The notes under the pieces: generated by a model
The model's input: the letters and a program-made list of their open reading frames with translations, nothing else
Database searches by the model: none
Told to the model about the DNA's origin: nothing
DNA from: Narcine bancroftii
Taxonomy: Eukaryota
Assembly: GCF_036971445.1 (NCBI RefSeq)
Contig: NC_091469.1
Span: 305,350,001 to 305,414,000, forward strand
Reading direction: 5' to 3'
DNA: 64,000 nt
Position numbers and translations under genes: made by a program
Part shown: piece after piece, positions 25,990 through 39,909 of the stretch
Numbering within the stretch: the first letter of the stretch is position 1
How the letters are laid out: each line of letters begins with the position of its first letter

Positions 25990-27020
25990 CTATACAAAAA
26001 TAAATAAATAAATAAATAGATACTGTTTTGTGAATATGAGCATTTCGGTAGGCCAGTGGGCACAGTTCCTTTGGTCATTCAGCATTCTCTGGGAAGAAGC
26101 TGTTCCTCGGCCTGGTGGTGCTGGCTCTGATACTCCTGTATCTCTTTCCTGCTGGGAGCAGCTGAAAGATGCTGTGTGCAGGGTAGAAGGGAACCTCAAT
26201 GATTTTGCATGCCCTCTTCAGACAAAGATCCAGCAGTTAGATCATATTGATGGGGGAAGGGAGACTCTAGTGATCCTCTATGCCACTCCTATATTCCTGT
26301 GGATTATCTTCCAATCCATTTCTCAGCAACAACCGAACCAAACGCTCTTGAGAGAGCCGGCCAGCACGCTCTCGATAAAGCTCCTATAGAAGGTTCACAT
26401 AATTGTGGCTGGTAGCTTTGGCCACTTCATTCTTCTCAGGAAGTGTTGTTATGCCTTCCTGGCAAGTGAGGAGATGTTGAGTGTTCACTAGTTAAGTGAA
26501 CTCCAAGGAACTCAGTGCTCTCCACTCTCTCTACTACCATAATGTTGATGTATAGTGGAGGGTGGTCATTCATGGTCCTCCTGAAGCCCACGATCATTTC
26601 CTTCATCTTGCCTATGTTGAGACTCAGGTTGTTATTCTCGCACCATTTCATGAGATTTTCCAATTCCTCTCTGTACTCTTCATTGTTGCTTATGAGGCCG
26701 GCTACTGTTGTACCATCCACAAACTTGATGACACTGTTAGAGCTGGAGATGTGTTAGTAGCATGAGCACACAGCCTGAGGTGCACTAGTACTCAGCATGA
26801 TGGTGCTCGATTCTCTGCTACTGACCCGGACAGACTGAAGCCCAGAATCCAGTTACAAAGAGGGGGAGTTGTCCCAGTGAGGAGAGTTTATCCACCAGCT
26901 CTGGGGAATGATTGCATTAAACACCAAGCTGAAATCAATGAAGAGCAAGCAGCCTGTTCTCCAGGTGGATCAGGATGGATTGAAGGGACAAGGCTATAGC
27001 ATCATCTGTGGAACAGTTTC
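25990..27020 (-). mobile_element. Rex1/Babar-type LINE fragment
   Basis: DGTTVAGLISNNEEYREELENLMKWCENNNLSLNIGKMKEMIVGFRR. Confidence 0.85.
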
Positions 27021-30000
27021 TTCTATATTCTTCAGGTTGGTCAGGAAAGAAGGAAATCAAATTGAGTCCTCCTTGAGACAAGTCCCTCATAACAAGTCCG
27101 AAGATCAATTCTTCAATAGCAGCTGGGAAAGGTCAACAAGGATAGCAATTCACTGGGGAGGATGTGGGGAGTTTAGATGCCCATTTGTGAAGACTAATAA
27201 ACCCTGAGCACAGCTACAAAAAAAACACACAAAAATGCGAATGAACGGCGACACAGTTGGTGCAGCTGTTAGCGCAACGCCTTTACAGCACCAGCGATTG
27301 GGGACCAGGATTCAAATCCCACGATGTCTGTAAGGAGTTTGTACATTTTCCCGTGTCTATGAAGATTTTTTCCTCGGGGCTCCAGTTTCCTCCCACTGTT
27401 CAAAATGTACCAGGGGTGTTGGTTAATTGAGCGGCACAGACTCGTGGGCTGAAAATGGCCTGTTGTCGTGCTGTATTTTGGCTTTACATCAAGAAAGCTG
27501 AAATCCATAAATTGTACACAATTTGGATGAGATCCCTTGGTTGTTTTCCATTAGCTTTTCTGATTGCCTTTTCATCTCTGCTGATTTTCACAATAACAGA
27601 TAAATCCCTATCCTCCTTCGAAATTGGACATACCATCAAAAGAATATTCAATTTGTTTTCTCAGCTCATAATGATTGGCATCATATTCTGCACTAAAATG
27701 TATCTGCCATCATTACACTCTTTCAGTTACTCTGCACTTTTCTAACTTCCTGCCGCAATACACACTGGCTTCTAACTCTCCGTTTCCAACTTGTTTATAC
27801 TATTATACATGCCATCATTCAAAACTTTAGTATGATGAAAAGATATGATTTCACTACGTTTCTAGGTAACATTACTTATTACATCCAATATGCAGAAAAT
27901 AAACTATTTATTCCTTTCTCTACTTAACATGCAACAAGTTTACTCCAATTCGGATTGCTCTTTTTCACATTCTTCTCATCTTCAGACAAGGGTAGACATA
28001 CGGCACAGTTACAGGGCCTTTCAGCCCACGTCCCCATGCCACCCAATTACACCCAATTGACCTACGTGTTTTGAATGGTGGGAGAAACAGACACTGGGAA
28101 AACGAACAAATTCCTTTCAGACAGCACCGGATTCTAACCCGTGTCGCTGGCTCTGTGGCAGCGTGGCACTAACCACTATGCTAACTATTCCATCCTTCTC
28201 TTTGCAAGTACCATAAATCTATTTCCTCTCACTTTTAATGCGGAATGAAATTAAGGGATCATAAACTCTATGAGCCAAATGGCCTCCTTTGGTGTTGTAA
28301 ATATGATCATTAGAGAGCAATGATACTTAAATACACTTAAATATGCTGCCCAATTGCGTTTGTTAATTGCAGATTTGAACTGGTGACACGCAAATAATTT
28401 TGGGAAAAACTCAATTTGAAGAAATACACTTTTTAAAAGTTTGCCATTTTAGCTACAAATTGTGCCAGAGTTGCCTTTTACACTTAATGTAGAATATTTG
28501 TTTTTTTTTTTCTGCCATAAGGGAGCATAGTAGACTAGCTGCAGAACTCGTTATCCTCTGAGATAGACTTGATTCCTCTTTAGTTATGTGGGGTCTGACA
28601 TAACAGCTGAGGTAAATGCAAAACCCACAGGTGAAGCAGGTTGGGAGGAGGTGCACACCTTCCACTACTCATGTTGAGCTTCTGTGTGCTTATGAAGAAT
28701 TTACTCAAGGTTCTCAATAGCCACTTAAATTATTTTTCTATTTATTTAGTCAGTCATGGATCAGTATTCCCCCATGTTAGGTTCATTCAAACGTTCAAAG
28801 AGATTTTGGTGCCTGTTCCAAGAATCTGCCACCATGGTCTGCCCATCAAGTCAATTCAATGCAATTAGGATCTCAATGCTGGGAGAGAATTATAACTGGG
28901 GTTTGCTTATGCTGCCTGTGTTTTGAAGGATTTTGCAAAGACCTTATTGGTGATTTCTGCATGATTTGAGATACCTGCTGCAGATAGTCCTTGTCTTAGA
29001 GATAGAAACTCATTGCAGCCAGGAAATGTAAAAGTCACCCATGACACAAATACCAAGAATCCTGCCTCAGCTAAAGCCATAAATGAGGATGAACTCTTCA
29101 GTGAGTTAACATCCACAGGAAGGAACACTTGGAAGACCTTCTCAATTCTGACTCTGTCCTCGACACAAAGCCCTTTGATTCCACCGCACAAAAAACCCAT
29201 TTAAGCCAGCATGGCTACCACTTCAGATTAACAAGAAGTTGAAAAAAATATCTTAAAAGAGAGTTTCAAACAGGAATCTACAATCTGGTAAGAGCAGGAG
29301 AGGCCAGAAGAATTATGGATAGGATCATCTTAATCACCATTTTAAAAAAAAAGGAGACAATTCTGGTAACCATAAAGGAATCTCTCTCCTGTCTGCTACA
29401 ATGTAAGTTATTGTCAGGGTTCTTTTGAACTGTCTCCTTCCAGTGGGTGAAGAGATGCTTACGAACTACATTGTTAATTATCATGTCCTTCTCTAGGCAC
29501 AATGGACAAGACCTTCATGCACAATTCTCAGAAAAATTCAAATAGCAGCAACAGCCTCAATACACAGCCTTATTTAACCTTCTCTTTCCTTTTAAAATAT
29601 TTTTATTGATTTTAATAAATAACATACAAACAATAAAGATATAATTCAGTAAGATTATATGGATAGTTACACAAACAAAATAAGACATTCCATTTAACAC
29701 TAACATACATAAATTGTAAATCATATCCATGATTCATATTCGAAATACTATCTACCTTTTTTTGGAAAAAAAAACCTCTAATAATGCAAAAAAAAGTGAA
29801 AGAAAATAGAAAAGGAGAAAACTAAAACTCCTTACCTATAACCACATTGCCAGATGCTTATAGGATTGGTATTAAAATAAAAACAAAGGTAAAAAAAATT
29901 AATATAAAGAACGTGGAAAAGATACAATTAAACAATTTAATATTATTTAACCTTATCAAACCCTTTGAATCTATCTATCACAAGAGACTGTGGAACACAC

Positions 30001-30289
30001 TCCTCAAATTCAGATCCTCACAGAAATTGGTCGGCCACTGATACAATCTCAGTCCTACATCCCCAGCATCGATGCTCTGCTACACCCAGACCACTACACT
30101 GGGCATGTCACTTGCAGGCCCAATTTTAGACTCCATTACCACCTGACCTGGCTTATTGAAGATTCCACTCCACAACATTAGTCAGCCACTCCGTTCAGAA
30201 GCGGTCAGTAAGTGTTGGCTGAGATAGCGATCCCCAAATAAATAAAATAAATTCTACCTTTTTTAATTCAATCTAACAGAACTGCTTAC

Positions 30290-30434
30290 CTTCTCTGAGG
30301 TGTACAAATGACTTCAGAAATTGCTCATACGCTTGCTCATGGCTCTTGCAGAACTTTTCCGATGCATCACAGGTTATTCCTTTCTTCTCCGTAATTCATA
30401 CTCTTGACATGAATAGCATATCTAATGCATTTTT
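30290..30434 (-). pseudogene. IFTAP: IFTAP/NWC (C11orf74) first coding exon with in-frame stop
   Basis: Acceptor ttgcAG and donor G|GTAAGC (phase 1). Translates MLFMSRV*ITEKKGITCDASEKFCKSHEQAYEQFLKSFVHLRE, matching the recalled IFTAP motif [36 protein letters not shown]. Syntenic: antisense to and upstream of RAG2. TGA at 30398-30396; ACG at 30392-30390 where orthologues have Met. Confidence 0.85.
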
Positions 30435-32914
30435 CTGCAATAAAAAGAAAGTATAACAAATTATACTGTATAATACCTATAATCATTTCATATCAAAGAT
30501 ACAAATATTTTCAGTAAATGAGTAAATTCAAGGCAAATAGAATGAGGGGAAGAAATTCTTTAAGTCAAATCAAATAACATGTGCTGAGCTAGCATATTTT
30601 AATTCCAAGCAGTTCAATGAAACTTGATATTTAATAGGAATTGATAATTGGTTATGTTTTTAATTGACAGTGTTATAGATAACTTGCAAATGAATGAAGA
30701 ACAAACTTGTGCTTATCCTGCTCTCAAGTACAAATAAATTATAAGTGCACAGCATTGCAGTCACCTCTGTTGTGTAAGTAAATCTAGTGTCAATTTGGAC
30801 TCAATAATTTCTCACAAACTCCAAAATAGATGAATAAATTAATTAATCCAATTTTGTTGCCATTCATGGCGCCACATATTGCTCCTTCAAATTTTGCAAC
30901 CAATTGGATATACGGGCAACCCATTCTGATCCTATTATTTTCTAAATGCTCAAAATTCAAGAATTATGGAGAAACATATTTATGTTAAAGTATGGAAATG
31001 AACGCTAGTGAACCAAGAAAAAAAGTTTTCAGAGAGCTGGAATGTAAAGGGAATGAACTTAAGTGACAGTTAGAGATAAAATCACAAAGTACTGAATCAA
31101 GTTTGAGACACCATATCTTTGGATTGATGTATGAAGCTATATTGACCTTGGGAGTTTTGGGGCGAGATGGAGGGCCATGCTGGTGCACACAGGTTTACCC
31201 AAACAATATAGGGATGAAGACAGAATGTACAGCTCAAGCTTGGTGATCTGATTGATCTGTCTGATATAAATTAAAGGTGTATCACAGAGCATAACTTTAA
31301 AATTACAGCTGTGCCATCAAGGATGGTATCAGGAAAGAAAATCAAAAATAGTAGTAGCCCATACATTTCAACAGGGCTGGGGTTTTTTTCATTGAATAAG
31401 ATCATGTTCGAACTTTTACATCAACTTCATTTTCCCACTTCAAATATTGGGCAGCTTGCCACCAGAAATCTACAGACACTAGCTGAGTTGAAAATGTTAA
31501 AACCAAAATCATTAGACTGGTGTTAAGTAAGGTATTACAGGATGATACTGGACTAAAGATATAGATCAATTTTGATCAAGCTAAATGGAGCATCATGCAT
31601 TAAGGTTTCAATAAAGCAGAATATCATCAAATAATATTTTTCATTTAGATTTTTTATTGAAAATATAGGTTACCCTATTTTGTGATCATGACTTCTAATA
31701 AGGATTAAAATAACTGTTTATAAATGTCTAATGTTTTAATCAGAAACAAAAAAACATCAAATTGTGAACCTGAATATAGTTGATATTTTCAAAATGATTT
31801 ACTTTTCAACAATGAAACCAGGATTCTACATCACAAACACTTCAAAACATAACAGTTAAAATCTGTAACACAGCATGCATTCAACTTCTGCAAATGTGTT
31901 CTTCGGGGAATTGTGGATGAACCAGCACAAGATGTTTACACAAGGCAACCTCAATGATTTATGCAAAACTTAGCGGTTTGGTAACAGGAAACATAATTAT
32001 CTATTGTTCTGACTTCTACCATGGATAACTACATTGGGATACCTACAAGCTGCTGCAGTATTTTAAATTTGTCTGAAAACGTTGTAGGTAATACCCTTTG
32101 AGTAATCACACAATTTATTTGTTGACATAATAACTGACATCAAGAAGTGAACATGATCCCTTGGGGAACACTCAAGTTATCAAGTAAGTGTTCATATTAT
32201 TTGTTCATAATGTGACTGTGTTATACAAATAATTGTGCGAGAATGCGAACAGAGCTACAGCAGATTGTAATCTTTCATAGGTCTTTGATAAAAATGAACA
32301 AAATCAATTTCCTCAAATGCAATGAAGAGATACAATTGTGTTTTTCATGCTCTATGATGGCATAAAATATGCCTCTACTAACAAAGTATAACTTCCACAA
32401 ACAGTGATTGAGATGTAGTAACCTGCTGTTGTGTGGTTTATAGTGGAAGAAAAATACTGGTGAGGAAACCAGGAGAACACACCACTCTAATAAAGAGTCA
32501 CGGTAACTTTCAAATCTATGAAGTTGGTCATATGACCCACCAAGTCCTCGTCAAACATCAAGCACCCACCAGTCTACTCAAATCTCTCTTTTATACACCA
32601 TTTCTCCATTCAACTCTGCTGTGATTCTACAACTCACCATATACTCAGGCCAATTAACCTACTAACGTGTGTGTTTTTGGAATGTTTGGGGGTAACTGAA
32701 GTCACGGAAGGAAATGAGGAAACCCATTCAGTCATATGGGAGAAAATGCTAACTCCACCCTACAGTGCAGAAAATCTGGGCTGAAGCTGGGCTGCTGGAT
32801 CTGCTTGGCAGAGCCCTTCTAGTTTGCCAGTGATACACTGGTGGACAATTATTAGCCCAAAAGTCCCCTTAATTTCAAAATCTGCCATATATTATAATTT
32901 AGAAAATAGTAATA

Positions 32915-33815
32915 CATAATGCAGAAGGGGCAGGACTGGCAGCTCAATGTTTCTAGGTTCCATTGTTTCAGACTTGATAGAGGAGGAGGGAAGAGATGGG
33001 GAGAACTGGCATTGCTAGTCAGGGAAAATATCACAGCTGTGCTTAGACAGGACAGCCCAGAGGGCTGGTCTACAGAGGTCATATGGGTGGAGGTGAGGAA
33101 TGGGAAAGGTATGACCATGCTATAGGGTTGTAGTCAGAGAGAATTGGAGGATAAAATATGTAGAGAGATAGTGGACTGATGTAAGAAACAGAAAGTTGTG
33201 ATGGTAGGAGATTTTAACTTTCCACATATTGATTTAGACTCCCATACTGTAAAAGGGCTGGATGGCTTGGAGTTTGTCAAATGTGTTCAGGAATGTTTTC
33301 TAAATCAATATATAGAGGTACCAACAAGAGAGGATGAATACTTGATCTCCTACTAGGTGACAGGTGGAAGAAGTATGTGTAGGAGAACATTTTGGGACCA
33401 GTGGACATAATGTCTTAGTTTCATTTCTGGATAAGGATAGGTGTGGTCCTCAAGTTGAGGTTCTAAATTGGAGAAAGGACAATTTTGTGGAAATGAGAAA
33501 GGATCTAGGAAGAGTAAATGTGAGTAGGCTCTTTCCACTTAGATAGGAGAGGTAAATACAAGAGTTGATGGTTTTAGGGTGAAAGGGGAAAGGTCAAATA
33601 TTGGGGGAACTTTTTCACTCAGAGTGGTGGGAGTGTGGAATGAATTGCCATCTGATTTGGTAAATGCAGTTTTAAAAATACACTAGATAGATGCATTGAT
33701 ACGTGAGGTCTGGAGGGTTATGGAATGGGTGCAGGTCAGTGGGACTAGCGGTATGATGTTTTTAAGACAGACTAGAAGGGCCAAATGGCATGTTTTTCTG
33801 TGTTGTAATATTCTA
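32915..33815 (+). mobile_element. CR1-type LINE: endonuclease region fused to the 3' terminus
   Basis: GQDWQLNV..FHCFR.DR.GG...VMVGDFNFP.ID...LDL (APE endonuclease) joined at about 33530 to the CR1 3' end. Confidence 0.8.
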
Positions 33816-34480
33816 TGTTACTATCATGGCCCAGGTTCGCACCACCAGGTTCAGGAAGAGCTGCTACCCCTCCACCATCAGACTCCTCGACAACAAACTC
33901 AATCAGGGACTCATTTAAGGGCTCTTGTGCACTTTATATTTTTCTTTCGGTATTGCACAGTCAGTTTGTTTACATTTCTTTATTATTTACATGTGTATGT
34001 AGAGTGCACATATTTTTTACTCTATCAATAAGTGGTAATTCTGCCTTGCCCGCAGGAAAACTAATCTCAGATTTGTATGTGATGTCATGTATGTACTCTG
34101 ACAATAAATCTGAAATACTTTCCTGTCTGTTTGCACCATTCCTACACACAGGTTAAGGGTCTTATATGCAGCCATATTCCATAAGTAGCATCATGTAATC
34201 ATTTTTACTGATGATGGTCAAGAAACAAATGTTCAAGATGATATTAGGACAACTTGCTGTCCATCAAACACTTTTGTGCCAACCCATGAGGACATCAACA
34301 GATTTTGTTCCATGTTTCCACCTTGCAGCACCTTCATAAATGTAGCATTTCCTCAGTAATGCATGGTATTATCAATCTAATACTAGCAATGTCGCACAAT
34401 GAATCACATGGCTTGTACCATCAAATTCAGGAACAGTTACTACCCCTCCATCATCAGACTCCTCAACAACAAACTCAGAG

Positions 34481-34800
34481 TCTCGTTTAAGTGCTCTTTT
34501 GTCAACTAGGGGTACTGCGCCTAAAGCGAAGCTGGAGCAGCCTCTGCAGGTTGCAAGCCAGGGCAGAGTTGATATGGGGATTCATCTGTTGCCCATGCAG
34601 TGGAAACCTACCCACCCCAACTTCATGCGAATATCGATGCAGTTTGGCACCAGCAGTATCGCAGGAGTTGCTGTGCCCGTGCTGGTGCTGGGTACAGCAG
34701 TCAGCCATCTTCGGAACTCCAACTCCAGATTTTTCCTTGGGGTTTACTCCCAATGACCAGGTACAGCCACAAGGCCACAGAGGTTTGAAATCGGAGTTTT
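34481..34800 (-). mobile_element. RTE-type 5'UTR fragment inserted in a Rex1-like 3' end
   Basis: Minus strand reads aaaactccgatttcaaacctctgtggccttgtggc...gggagtaaaccccaaggaaaaatc, typical of RTE 5' regions (from recall). Flanked by direct repeat ACTCAGAG at 34473-34480 and 34801-34808. Confidence 0.55.
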
Positions 34801-37193
34801 ACTCAGAGTAAGGATTCTTACTTTGCCCATTATTTATTACTGATTTTTTTTCCCAATTGCAGCTTGTTGACATTTCTCTCTTTTGCATACTTATCTTTTC
34901 TTGATACGGTTTTTGCACTACCGATATATAGAAATTCTGCAGGGCCTGCAGGAAAAAGAATCTTGCAGTTGTATCTGATGTGTCATGTATGTAGTCTGAC
35001 AATAAATCTGAACTTGGAACAATGTCACTTGAATCACTGATCTTCTAATAAACTGAAGAGCCTGTACTTTGTGCTGTAAGTGCTCTTACATTATGCTTTT
35101 AGATAAGTCATTTCAGGATTTTGACATTGCAACAAGAAAATCATTAGGCTGCGACAACATGCTGGAAACTATGGCAATGGCAGTCATCAGAGAGGTTATA
35201 CCTTTGGAAGATGGTGCTGAGTAAGTTACTGTGGTGTATTTAGTAAATGGTACACAATGCATCTCTAGAGAGGAGGAAGTTCGGGAAGATAAAGAACAGA
35301 GTTGTGGAGGGGGAGCCAAGTTGCTTTGTGCTGGATGGTTCTGAAAATCTTAGCATCCTTAGAGCCCACTCCTCCAAGTAAAAAGGAAATTACTTTATCA
35401 TGTTGTTCCTTGAATATGGTAGAAATTACATTAATTACCCCTCATAACAGATACCCACTGTATACTTCCCAACCCCAGGATATTGATGGTGGGAATTTAA
35501 TTATGGTATGGCCATTGATTGTAAGGGAGGGTGGCAGCAGCTTTAGATTCTGTCCTATTGGAGGTATGATTGCCTGGTACTCATGTGGTGTGATTGGTAC
35601 ATGCCAATTCAAGCTTGAATGCTGCCAGATCTCAATGCATGCGATAACTATCTGCTTCATTATGCAATGAGCAATTTACTTTTTAGACAATCTTTAAAAA
35701 TAAGTTTAACAGTTTCCAGTCCTTCACCAATTTGATCAACTGCTAATACTCTCCCTTCAGTTGAGCATTGTTCCTCAGTTAGTAGTACTGAGCCCGGAGT
35801 CAGAAAGTTGTAATGAACAAAGATTCTGCTCCAGAGATTCAATGCAAAATTCGTGGCTGAGGCCACAATACACAACCATAGAAGTTCTGCAATGTTGGAA
35901 ATGCTATCCTTCAAATGCGATTCTAAGGAATAGCCTCATCCATCTTCATAAAAGTCTACTTATGATTACTTTCAGAATTTCTTATTCTCACCGATGTCCT
36001 GGCTAATATTTACTCCTCAATCAATTTATTCTGATATAGATTGCTGCAGGTGGGAATTGTATATTTAGAAAAATGAATTACTGCAAAAGTGATCTCACAA
36101 TATAAATAGTTCTTCTTTGACTGTAAAGAATCATGTGACACAAGAACTAGCAGCCATCAACTTTAAAAACGCTCACATTTACTCCACCATTTAAAGAAAT
36201 AATAGCTGGTCCAATCTTTGTATCAACACTAAATTTATTCATGTCAGACAAACTTTCTCTAAGTATCTACTTTTCAGGCTCTCTCTCAGGATGAAAGATG
36301 GTACAATTTTACTCAAAATCCATGGATCCAGATGACTGATGCATCCAAATGAATCTGCAGACTTGGCCATAAATGGGACACATAGCGTTTTACGGGGTAG
36401 GTAGATAAGTACAGTCGTTGAAGATGTTGTGCAGTCTCCACTGTCTGCATTTGGCCTCTGCTTGCAGCCGTTCCAGAAACTCAAGTGACCACTGGATGCC
36501 CCTCCTCCGTTTTATCTGGATAAAGGCCTGGAATTCCCATGAGTCAGCACACATTTCATTTTATCAAAGAGAATTTTATGTGTCCCTCAAGTATACACTC
36601 TTCTTTGGGAAGACACTTGGACATGGTGTATCTCAGGATAGGATTTTGATTTGGCTTCCAATGTCCGTCACACAGACTTTGTGGTCACTTATTGGAACTG
36701 GTTGATTTGGAGAGGAAACTGACATTAGTTCACCTATCTTTTCAGTGGATTTTGCAGAAACAGTTTTGTACTTACTTCTCCAATACTGTAAGGATGCACA
36801 TTGCTGGTTTTCTGTATGTTCAAAGTATACACGTGGGTTGGATCACTGCTGTTCATTATGCTCGGTGACAGGTTTAAGGACTGTGTCTTTAAACATTTTG
36901 CCGAAGCACTGGAAGATGTTGTCACCAATGCTGAGAAATTACCCCAAAAAATGGAAAGTGAAATCTCTTTGAGTCTGCGACAATGACTAGCAGTTGCTCA
37001 TTGACAAAGTGAGAGAAGTATGTTAGGGAGTGCCTAGTAATGTACCTGCGTGACTTGCCTCACTTGGATAAATAGCTGTAAACATCTTTAATGTGTGCAA
37101 GTAAGTTTTGAAATAGTGGCAAAGTGAGTTTTGGGAAAATGTATGTTAAACAGTGAGAGCTGAATGATATAGATTGGTGTTTATTAACAGTAG

Positions 37194-38118
37194 AGAGCCA
37201 GCTCTTCAGCGCTGGACGTCCTGTTTTGCGGAAACTGCCAAAATGTTTGGCCTGGAAGTCAGCCTGAAGAAAACTGAGGTCCTCCATCAGCCAGCTCCCC
37301 ACCATGACTACCAGACCCCCACATCTCCATCGGGCACACAAAACTCAAAACGGTCAACCAGTTTACCTATCTCGGCTGCACCATTTCATCGGATGCAAGG
37401 ATCGACAACGAGATAGACAACAGACTCGCCAAGGCAAATAGCTCCTTTGGAAGACTACACAAAAGAGTCTGGAAAAACAACCAACTGAAAAACCTCACAA
37501 AGATTAGCGTATACAGAGCCGTTGTCATACCCACACTCCTGTTCGGCTCTGAATCATGGGTCCTCTACCGGCATCACTTACGGCTCCTAGAACGCTTCCA
37601 CCAGCGTTGTCTCCGCTCCATCCTCAACATTCATTGGAGCGACTTCATCCCTAATATCGAAATACTCGAGATGGCAGAGGCTGACAGCATCGAATCCACG
37701 CTGCTGAAGATCCAACTGCGCTGGGTAGGTCATGTCTCTAGAATGGAGGACCATCGTCTTCACAAGATCGTGTTATATGGCGAGCTCTCCACTGGCCACC
37801 GTGACAGAGGTGCACCAAAGAAGAGGTACAAGGACTGCCTAAAGAAATCTCTTGGTACCTGCCACATTGACCACCGCCAGTGGGCTGATATTGCCTCAAA
37901 CCGTGCATCTTGGCGCCTCACAGTTCGGCGGGCAGCAACCTCCTTTGAAGAAGGCCGCAGAGCCCACCTCACTGACAAAAGACAAAGGTGGAAAAACCCA
38001 ACACCCAACCCCAACCAACCAATTTTGCCCTGCAACCGCTGCAACCGTGTCTGCCTGTCCCGCATTGGACTTGTCAGCCACAAACGAGCCTGCAGCTGAT
38101 GTGGACATTTACCCATAA
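37194..38118 (+). mobile_element. RTE-clade LINE 3' fragment (tail missing)
   Basis: Same RT C-terminus (AEADSIESTLLKIQLRWVGHVSRM...SHKRACS); stops before the terminal hairpin. Confidence 0.93.
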
Positions 38119-39171
38119 GTAAAGCAGATACCCACGCAACTAAAATCATTGTTTGTTTAGCTCCGAGACTGGAAACTAAGACTACGAATTAAGATTAGAT
38201 TGTAAGGACGTCACTCCCTTTCTTCGGCTCCCTGATGGCCCAGCTTATGACTCTACATCTCAAGCATAGGCAGTCCTGGTCCCTTAACTACACAGTTATC
38301 ACTGTCTTGGAATCCACTGCTATGTGTATTTTGAGGTCAGCCTTTTGCCAATGTCTGGCTTCTCACAATTTCTCTAAATAGTCACCAAACAGTGCGATAA
38401 ATGACACCAGTGGCTATAGGCAGCGAGCTTCCTTCCTTTAAGAAATGCATGCATGCTCTCAATTAATACAGGTTACTTTCAGTGTAGCTCAAAACTCCTG
38501 AAATTGATCCCTGTTACAGACTAACACTGAAAAATTTGCAAGATTGCTACTACCACATCAAGTCAAACTGGCATGGATCCCAGCACAACCATTTTAGCAT
38601 GTGGTTTGCTGCATGGACATATTAACCATATAACCATATAACCGTTTACAGCACGGAAAAAGGCCATGTCGGCCCTTCAAGTCCGAACCGGTTCACTTGA
38701 ACAACTCCACTAGCTCCTCCGCAAACTCCTGAGGAAGTAGAGGCTTTCTTCAATGTCGCACATCAGAGGTAATAATCAGAAGACTAATAAAAGAAAATAT
38801 TTAAAATTTAAAACAATTATATTAATCAATCATTTGGATCTCCCCTAGAATATGAACATTTATCCCACTTGTAGCGAGTCCTGAAAATTATCCAAAAACA
38901 CAATCAAGGACAATTCTCATTATGGATCAAACACAAAAAAAAAAATTAAAGCAATAATTATTTCACAATCCTTTTTCCATATAAGTACATGTTTCTTAGG
39001 ATTTACAAGCCCTTTTTTATCTCTTAGCAATGACGATCTGTAAGATAATTTTGGGGACAAAATATTTTTTACAATGAGCTGATCTCACATTCATTGCATC
39101 TTGTATTTGTACAACAATCATAATTACCTTGATTATATAAGGCTTCCATTTTATAATTTTAAAAAATCATA

Positions 39172-39563
39172 TTCTTCTCTTTGGCTTGGCTTCGCGGACG
39201 AAGATTTATGGAGGGGTAATGTCCACGTCAGCTGCAGGCTCATTGGTGGCTGACAAGTCCGATGCGGGACAGGCAGACACAGTTGCAGCGGTTGCAAGGG
39301 AAAATGGGTGGGTTTGGGTTGGATGTTGGGTTTTTCCTCCTTTGTCTTTTGTCAATGAGGTGGGCTCTGCGGTCTTCTTCCAAGGAGGTTGCTGCCCGCC
39401 GAACTGTGAGGCGCCAAGATGCATGGTTGGAGGCGAGATCAGCCCACTGGCGGTGGTCAATGTGGCAGGCACCAAGAGCTTTCTTTAGGCAGTCCTTGTA
39501 CCTCTTCTTTGGTGCACCTCTGTCTTGGTGGCCAGTGGAGGGCTCGCCATATAACACAATCTT
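39172..39563 (-). mobile_element. RTE-clade LINE 3' fragment
   Basis: KIVLYGE...CLSRIGLVSH plus hairpin and tail; AATCATA repeated in both flanks. Confidence 0.93.
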
Positions 39564-39909
39564 TAAAACACAATCATAAGCTACAAGCATACGGAGTAAA
39601 ATTTCCAGAGAAGCATTTCATAAATGATGAATTAAAGACTGCCTGGAACTTCTCTTCATTCTCTTTTCATTTTGTGGTTTGATCTGATGAATCATAAACA
39701 TCTGTCAACCACTTTTCTGAGAAGAACTTTTATACAATAATAACCACAAAGAATTGTTTGGTAAAGTACAACATGAAGAAAATGAAGTGATCAGAGAAAG
39801 TTAGTATATGCTCTTTACAGTCACAATTGAAATAGTTCTCCTTGACCTCATTGTCAGTGATTAGTTCATCAAATATCATGCAATTGCATTGCCTCATTTT
39901 TTTTTGTAG

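Noticed and set aside
36200-37000. Coding-like stretch with several short ORFs
   Set aside because: Possibly an ancient TE or pseudogene, but I could not recognise any motif; needs BLASTx.
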